Shown here piece by piece: positions 59,117 to 64,000 of a DNA stretch of 64,000 bases. The notes under the pieces are model-generated. The model saw only the letters and a program-made list of their open reading frames with translations, was not told the DNA's origin and did not search any database. The number at the start of each line of letters is the position of its first letter. Positions within the stretch are counted from its first letter, which is position 1. The translations under genes and the position numbers were made by a program. Source of the DNA: an uncultured Actinomycetota bacterium (lineage in GTDB: Bacteria > Actinomycetota > Actinomycetes > JAFAQI01). The stretch lies in assembly GCA_963814845.1 (NCBI GenBank), contig CAWFEP010000002.1:302015-366014 (forward strand). Direction: 5' to 3'.

Positions 59117-59643
59117 TTAGGCGCGGCCGTCCAGCCACTGGCCGCCGAACCACATCAGCTCGTCGGAGAGCAGCTCGATGCCGATGCCGTCCGGGTCGCG
59201 GAGGTAGAGCGACTCCGGGATGCCGCGCTGCGGCCCGTCGTAGGGGATGCCGCGCTCGTCGAGGCGGGCCGCGCAGCGTCGCGTGCACGTCCGGTGGCAC
59301 CGAGATCGCGATGTGCTGCACGCCGCCGAAGCCTTCCGGCGCCTGCTCGAGCCCGAGGCCGGGGAAGTCGAAGAAGCCGAGCAGGGTGTCGTTGCCGAGG
59401 TCGAAGAAGAAGTGCGTCGAGCCCGGGTAGTCGCGGTTCTCGACCAGCTCGACGAGCGGGAAGCCGAGCAGGCCCTTGGTAGAAGGCGATCGTCTGCTCG
59501 ACGTCGCTGCAGATCAGCGCGGCGTGGTGGATGCCGCGACCGTTGGTCGTGCGGCCGCTCGCCGGGTGGCTGGACGTGGGCGTCGCGGAGGTCGTCGACG
59601 CCGTTGCTCGAGTTGCGCCTGTTCGGCGGCGTCTGGTGGGGCC
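59117..59643 (-). pseudogene. VOC family (glyoxalase/dioxygenase) protein, at least two frameshifts
   Basis: GIHHAALICSDVEQTIAFYQ, LLGFPLVELVENRDYPGSTHFFFDLGNDTLLGFFDF, VQHIAISVPPDVHATL, and LDERGIPYDGPQRGIPESLYLRDPDGIGIELL lie on different minus frames. Confidence 0.65.
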
Positions 59644-60440
59644 ATGCCACTAGCGTGCCACTGTGTGAGCGTTCTTGACATCTCGGGCGTCGATCTGTGG
59701 TTCGCCGGCGGCCCGCACGTGCTTCGCGACGTGTCGCTGACGGTCGAGCCGGGCGAGCACTGGGCGCTGCTCGGGCCCGAACGGCGCCGGCAAGTCGACG
59801 CTGCTCTCGCTGGCCGGCGCGCAGCGGTTTCCCTCCCGCGGCACGGTGGAGGTCCTCGGCCACACCCTGGGCCGGGTCGACCTGCGCGAGCTGCGCCGGT
59901 TGATCGGCACCGTCGACGTGCGGCTGCGCATGCCGGCGGGAGCTGTCGGTCGGCCGCATACATCGAGACCGGAGTCACGCAGACCGTCCAGCAGCTCGGT
60001 CCGGTCGGTGACCGTCGTCCGCGACCGGGTACATCGAGCTGGTCGATCAGCTCGGCCTGGCCGACGATCGCCGATCGGTCGGTCGCGGTGTGTTCGCAGG
60101 GCGAGCGCGCGCGGGCGCGGCTGGCGCGGGCGCTGGTCGCGCGGCCGGCGCTGCTGCTGCTGGACGAGCCGGCTGCCGGCCTCGACCTGCCCGGCCGGGC
60201 CGACCTGCTGGCGGCGATGGAGGCGGCGGCCGCCGACCCGTGCGCTGACCACTGTGACAGTCGCGCATCACCTCGAGGAGTTGCCGGCGACGACGACCCA
60301 CGTCGCGCTGCTGCGCGCCGGCCGCTTGGTGGCGCTGCGGCGATGTTTCGCTGCTGAGCGACTCGGCTGCGCTGAGCGAGTGCTTCGGCCGGCCGGTTCG
60401 CGCGTTCAACGTCGACGGGCGATGGTTCGCTACTGGCGTC
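59644..60440 (+). pseudogene. ABC transporter ATP-binding protein, several frameshifts
   Basis: VLDISGVDLWFAGGPHVLRDVSLTVEPGEHWALLGP + (N)GAGKSTLLSLAG (shifted), CSQGERARARLARAL, LLLLDEPAAGLD and TVTVAHHLEEL read in order across three frames. The 3' end is uncertain. Confidence 0.7.
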
Positions 60441-61670
60441 GTAGCGCGTCAGGCTGCGCGAGGTCGTGCTGGATCGCCTTGTCCCACGGCGGCGTTGGCG
60501 ATCAGGGTCGGCAGTCGCTTGCCGTCGCGGGTCACGACGATGTTCGTGCACGCCGATTCCTTGACCACCCAGGTGTGCTTCAGCGGTACGGAAGGTCACG
60601 ACGTCTGTGGGCCGCCGGCGATGTTGCAGCGGACGTAGTTCGTCGGCTGCGTCTTCATCGCGTCGAAGGCGCGCACCAGCCTGGTCGCCTGCTTGCCGGT
60701 GACCGTCAGCCGTCTTCTGCCTTGCCGAATGGGCTTGCTCGTTCCGCGCGCACGATGTGCACCCGGTGGAGCGACCAGCGGCACGTGCTCCGAGCCGCGG
60801 TCGCTTCGGTCGGTTGTTGCCGGGCAGCGCGGCGCGAGGTCCGCGCGATGTCCTTGCCGAACTTCGTGCTCATCGTCGAGCGTCGGCAAGCCGATGCCCG
60901 TCGCGGGTGACGCTCGACGAAGTCGCAGAACCCTGCAGTGGCAACGATTGTGTGGCCGTCGGCGCGGAAGGTCACGATCTCGCGCCGGCCGGAGTCCGCC
61001 GGGCAGCTCGTGCTCGCCGGGCGGGTCGACGGAAGGGCGTCGAAGTCACGAACCAATCTGGTTGCCGCGGCCGCCGGTGACGGTGTTTGCCGCGGACGAG
61101 GTGCCCCGGACCGGGTGCGGCACCCGACGTGCGCGCGCTTCAGCGACGAGGGCACGATCTCGGTCTTCGGTCGGGCCGGCTGCGGCACGGCCTGGGCGTA
61201 GACGCCGATCGCGCCTTGCCATGACCATCCGGCGCGACGGCGACGAGCAGTGCGGCGTACGCAATGCCGGCCGGCAGCGTCTTCGGGCGTAGACCGCGTA
61301 CATCTCGTCGTCGCTGAGCTTCGGTCCGCCGACCGGCCCGTTGCCCTCTGCGGTCAGCCCGGTCGGTGTCGTCGCGGTCAGATCGGCGTATGCCTGCGCC
61401 AGGATTCGTCGATCGTCCAGAACGTCGCCCGCTGCGACCAGCTGGTCGTATGCCGCTCGTTGCGGTGCCTGGTCGAGCAGATTGACCGGCGCGTGCGCTG
61501 GCACGGCACCGCGGTGTCGAGTGTTGGTGCCGTCGCCAAGCAGCGCCTTCGGCCTCCGCGACTGCGTCGGCATTGTCCGCTGGCCGCCGCCGCGTGCCGC
61601 CTGCGATGCGATTCCGATGCCGCCGACTGGCCAACATGGCGGCGGCGCTGATTGCGATGGATCGCTTCAC
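60440..61670 (-). pseudogene. Hypothetical secreted/lipoprotein-like protein, many frame changes; paralogous motif with the next gene
   Basis: N-terminal KRSIAISAAAMLAS signal-like segment, then fragments such as LLDQAPQRAAYDQLVAAGDVLDDRRILAQAYADL and CPADSGRREIVTFRADGHTIVATAGFCDFV on different frames. Boundaries are approximate. Confidence 0.35.
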
Positions 61671-61721
61671 GGATCGAATGCTCCTATGAGTTGACGGTGG
61701 AGGTGGGTGCGGTTGCGCCGG

Positions 61722-62660
61722 TCATCGGCTGCGGTCCGGTGGGCGCGAGGGAACCGGTGCCCGAACGCAGCGCGCAGGTCGCGGCTGAAGTGTTGCTCGA
61801 TATCCAAGCGTCGGCAGCGGGTGTCCGTTGAGGGTGACGTGGATCCCGACGCAGACACCCGCGGTGGCGGTCCACAGTTGGTTGCCGGCCCGGAAGATCG
61901 CGGTCTGCGTGACGCAGCGACATCGGGCAAGCTGAACGACCTCGCCAGGCGGCTGCACCTGAGTGCGTCGAAGTCGTGCACCAGGCGCGCGCGCCGCCAC
62001 CCCGGTCAGCGTCGGTGCGGCCGAGGATCGAGCCGCCGTCAGGCTGGCCGGTGGTCCGACGGGTGACGACCATGACGCTGTCGACAGTGGACGGGCACAT
62101 CTTCTGTCTGGCGGCCGGGGTGGCTGTCGGACAACCACGGCGAATGCCGCGATCGCGCTGATCCTTGCCGTCAGCGGCACGACCGCGATCGACAGTTGCG
62201 CGGAGTTGACCGTCGCCGGCAGATGTGGCGGCGCGAAGTCGGCGTCGTGCTCGACGTCGGCGAGTGACGGGCCGGACGACGAGTGCTGCCGATGCTCGAC
62301 AACTGCCGCCGACTGATGCTGGGAAACCCAGGCGTAGGCAGCTGCGGCTGGCTCGTCGATGCGCCACCACCGAGCCCGCACGGTCACGTCGGTGACTCCC
62401 GGCGCGGTTGGTGGGTGACGCAGCAACTTCGTCGGTGACTTCGCGGTTCGCACCGCTGCGGTTGGCACGCGTGCCTCGTCGATCAGTTGCTGCGCGACCG
62501 TCGCCGGGGTCGGTGGCTTCGCATTTGAGGGCGCCTGGCTGGCCGCCCCACTCCCGCCGCGCTGCGCACCACTCGAGATGCGGTCGGAGCTCGCGCTGGC
62601 GCACCCCGCAAGGAGCATGACTGCTGCGAGCCCGACGGCACGAGTACGAAAGTCCTTCAT
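61722..62660 (-). pseudogene. Hypothetical lipoprotein, frame changes in the C-terminal half
   Basis: MKDFRTRAVGLAAVMLLAGCASASSD (lipobox LAGC). Later CRCVTQTAIFRAGNQLWTATAGVCVGIHV resembles the motif in the neighbouring gene. The 3' end is uncertain. Confidence 0.45.
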
Positions 62661-62711
62661 GTCTGGTTTGACGCGCGATGGCGGCCAGCGGTTCCGACAT
62701 ACGCTTGGACG

Positions 62712-63021
62712 ATGTCGGCGCTGTTGTTTCCGCTTCACGGTGCGTTGTTTCTCATCAATCTCGTGGCGACGGTCGTTGTGGTGGTCGCGCTGATCGATGC
62801 GGCGCTGCGGCGCAACGAGGCGTTCGTCGCTGCCGGCAAGCAGACCAAGATCTTCTGGATTCTCGTTCTCGTGCTTGGCCTGTTCATCACCCTCGTCGGG
62901 GTGATTGCCGCCATCGTCTACCTCGTCGATGTTCGGCCGGCGGTCAAGGGCATCGGGCGGCGGCCGTGGCGGCGGCCGCACCTCGTCATCCGACGGCCCG
63001 TACGGCCCGTACCGCGGTTAG
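62712..63021 (+). pseudogene. DUF2516 family small membrane protein (probable frameshift in the Gly/Arg-rich tail)
   Basis: LINLVATVVVVVALIDAALRRNEAFVAAGKQTKIFWILVLVLGLFITLVGVIAAIVYLVDVRPAV. The alternative frame gives ..GGGRGGGRTSSSDGPYGPYRG* ending at ~63021. Confidence 0.5.
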
Positions 63022-63133
63022 AACAACTGATTTGTGAGCTGTTGCGTACCGCCCGCGGTACGTAGCGGTTCACGAACCGAAGGTTGAGAGTGCGGCCGAT
63101 AGCCTTTGGGCATGGGCAACCCACCGGCTCGAG

Positions 63134-63833
63134 TTGACCGACTCGACGCTGCGTGAGTGGGACGCGGTCGTGCTGCAGGCCGGCGACGAAGGCATCGTGC
63201 TTGATCGCTCGGCCTTCTATCCGGGCGGCGGCGGTCAGCCGCCTGACACCGGCGTATTGCTCTGGGGTGGCGTGCAGACTCGCATCGTCGGCGCCCGCAA
63301 GAGCGTCGACGACATCTACCTGATCGCCGCCGAGGGCGACCCGCTGCCGCCAGCCGGCACTGCCGTGCAGGGCGCGCTGGATGACGAGCGCCGAACCGCC
63401 TTGATGCGCACCCACTCGGGCTTGCACCTGCTGGCCGGCGTGGTCTTCCGCGACTTCGGTGCGCTGGTCACCGGCGGCAACATGGAGCCGCTAGAAGCGC
63501 GGATGGACTTCAATCTGCCGGACGTGCCCGAGGGCTTCAAGGACGCCATCGCCGCGGCCTGTGCGGTGGAGGTGGCGGCCGATCGGCGGATCGATGTCAG
63601 GGTGCTGCCCCGCGATGAGGCATTCGCGATCCCGGACATCATCCGTACCGCGACCAACCTGCTTGCCGCCCGGCCTCACCGAGATCCGCATCGTTGACAT
63701 CGTCGGACTGGACACCCAGGCCGACGGTGGCACTCACGTTGCGTCCACCAAAGCGATCGGTGCGATCGACATCGTCAAGATGGAAAACAAGGGCAAGGGG
63801 TTTCGGCGGTTGCGGGTGCGGCTGCCGCAATGA
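63134..63833 (+). pseudogene. Alanyl-tRNA editing protein (AlaX-type, tRNA_SAD domain), frameshift near 63665
   Basis: AFYPGGGGQPPDTG, zinc motif HSGLHLL, then after the shift IVDIVGLDTQADGGTHVASTKAIG..KGKGFRRLRV. Confidence 0.7.
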
Positions 63834-64000
63834 GCGCTGCGACGGGGGACCCGAAGACCTTCACTGTGCCCAGGTACGGCGAGGCGTCGTTGGCCGACGT
63901 CATGCCCTCGGTGCTCTCGGCGCTCGATGCCGGTGGTGACAACCGGCTCGGGCTGGCGCCGACCCAACGTGCCGTGGTGATGTTGGTCGACGGCATGGGG
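63830..64000 (+). CDS. Alkaline phosphatase/nucleotide pyrophosphatase family protein, N-terminal fragment (runs off window)
   Basis: SLADVMPSVLSALDAGG...LAPTQRAVVMLVDGMG is a typical N-terminus of this metalloenzyme family. ATGA overlap with the AlaX stop. Confidence 0.5.
   Translation, partial: MSAATGDPKTFTVPRYGEASLADVMPSVLSALDAGGDNRLGLAPTQRAVVMLVDGMG

Noticed and set aside
63830-64000. Alkaline-phosphatase-family N-terminus as a possible PglZ/BREX defence component
   Set aside because: There is no neighbouring BREX or other defence genes. It is translationally coupled to a housekeeping AlaX gene, and the fragment is too short to say more.

Overview
GC-rich actinobacterial chromosomal segment. 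Lineage markers read from the translations are mycothiol synthase MshD, a GlnR-type orphan response regulator, LmeA/DUF2993, an HbhA-like adhesin next to its XRE regulator, an RsiG-like anti-sigma factor, and ECF sigma/anti-sigma pairs. I could support about 70 protein-coding loci. I recognised no rRNA, tRNA, CRISPR array, transposase, integrase or phage gene. Layout: (i) 0-12 kb holds peptidases/hydrolases (CocE/NonD, DmpA, HDAC-like, SixA, patatin, GNAT, MBL, VOC) and an ECF sigma/anti-sigma pair with a paralogous secreted repeat protein. (ii) 12-21.7 kb holds MMPL, MarR, a crcB pair, two divergent Gmd-family genes, DoxX, mshD and glnR, most of which need frame changes to be read. (iii) 21.7-35 kb holds housekeeping genes: alpha/beta hydrolase, MoaD-like, LmeA, ECF sigma pair, MFS, rhodanese+DUF1416, SDR, cysD-cysN-cysQ with convergent cysC, ACAD and nitrobindin. 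(iv) 35-51 kb is an envelope/glycan block: NlpC/P60, a priming sugar-phosphate transferase, rmlB-rmlD / rmlA-rmlC, then four paralogous collagen-like (Gly-X-Y) secreted proteins interleaved with two GT2-methyltransferase fusions and a TPR lipoprotein. This is the most interesting candidate system in the window. (v) 51-64 kb holds YgfZ, DUF4388 plus an acidic repeat protein, an RsiG-like protein with two intact c-di-GMP-binding motifs, asparaginase, XRE+HbhA-like, M50 protease, VOC, ABC ATPase, two paralogous lipoprotein-like genes, DUF2516, AlaX and the start of an alkaline-phosphatase-family gene. Non-coding features include a composite palindromic repeat family sitting on convergent gene ends (two copies), a long MITE-like inverted repeat, a 3 x 45-bp tandem repeat in the cysN-cysQ spacer, and intragenic tandem repeats. 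Caveat: many otherwise well-conserved genes are broken by single-base indels in patchy clusters. I cannot tell sequencing error from real decay using the sequence alone. All product calls rest on motifs I recognise by eye, with no database search.
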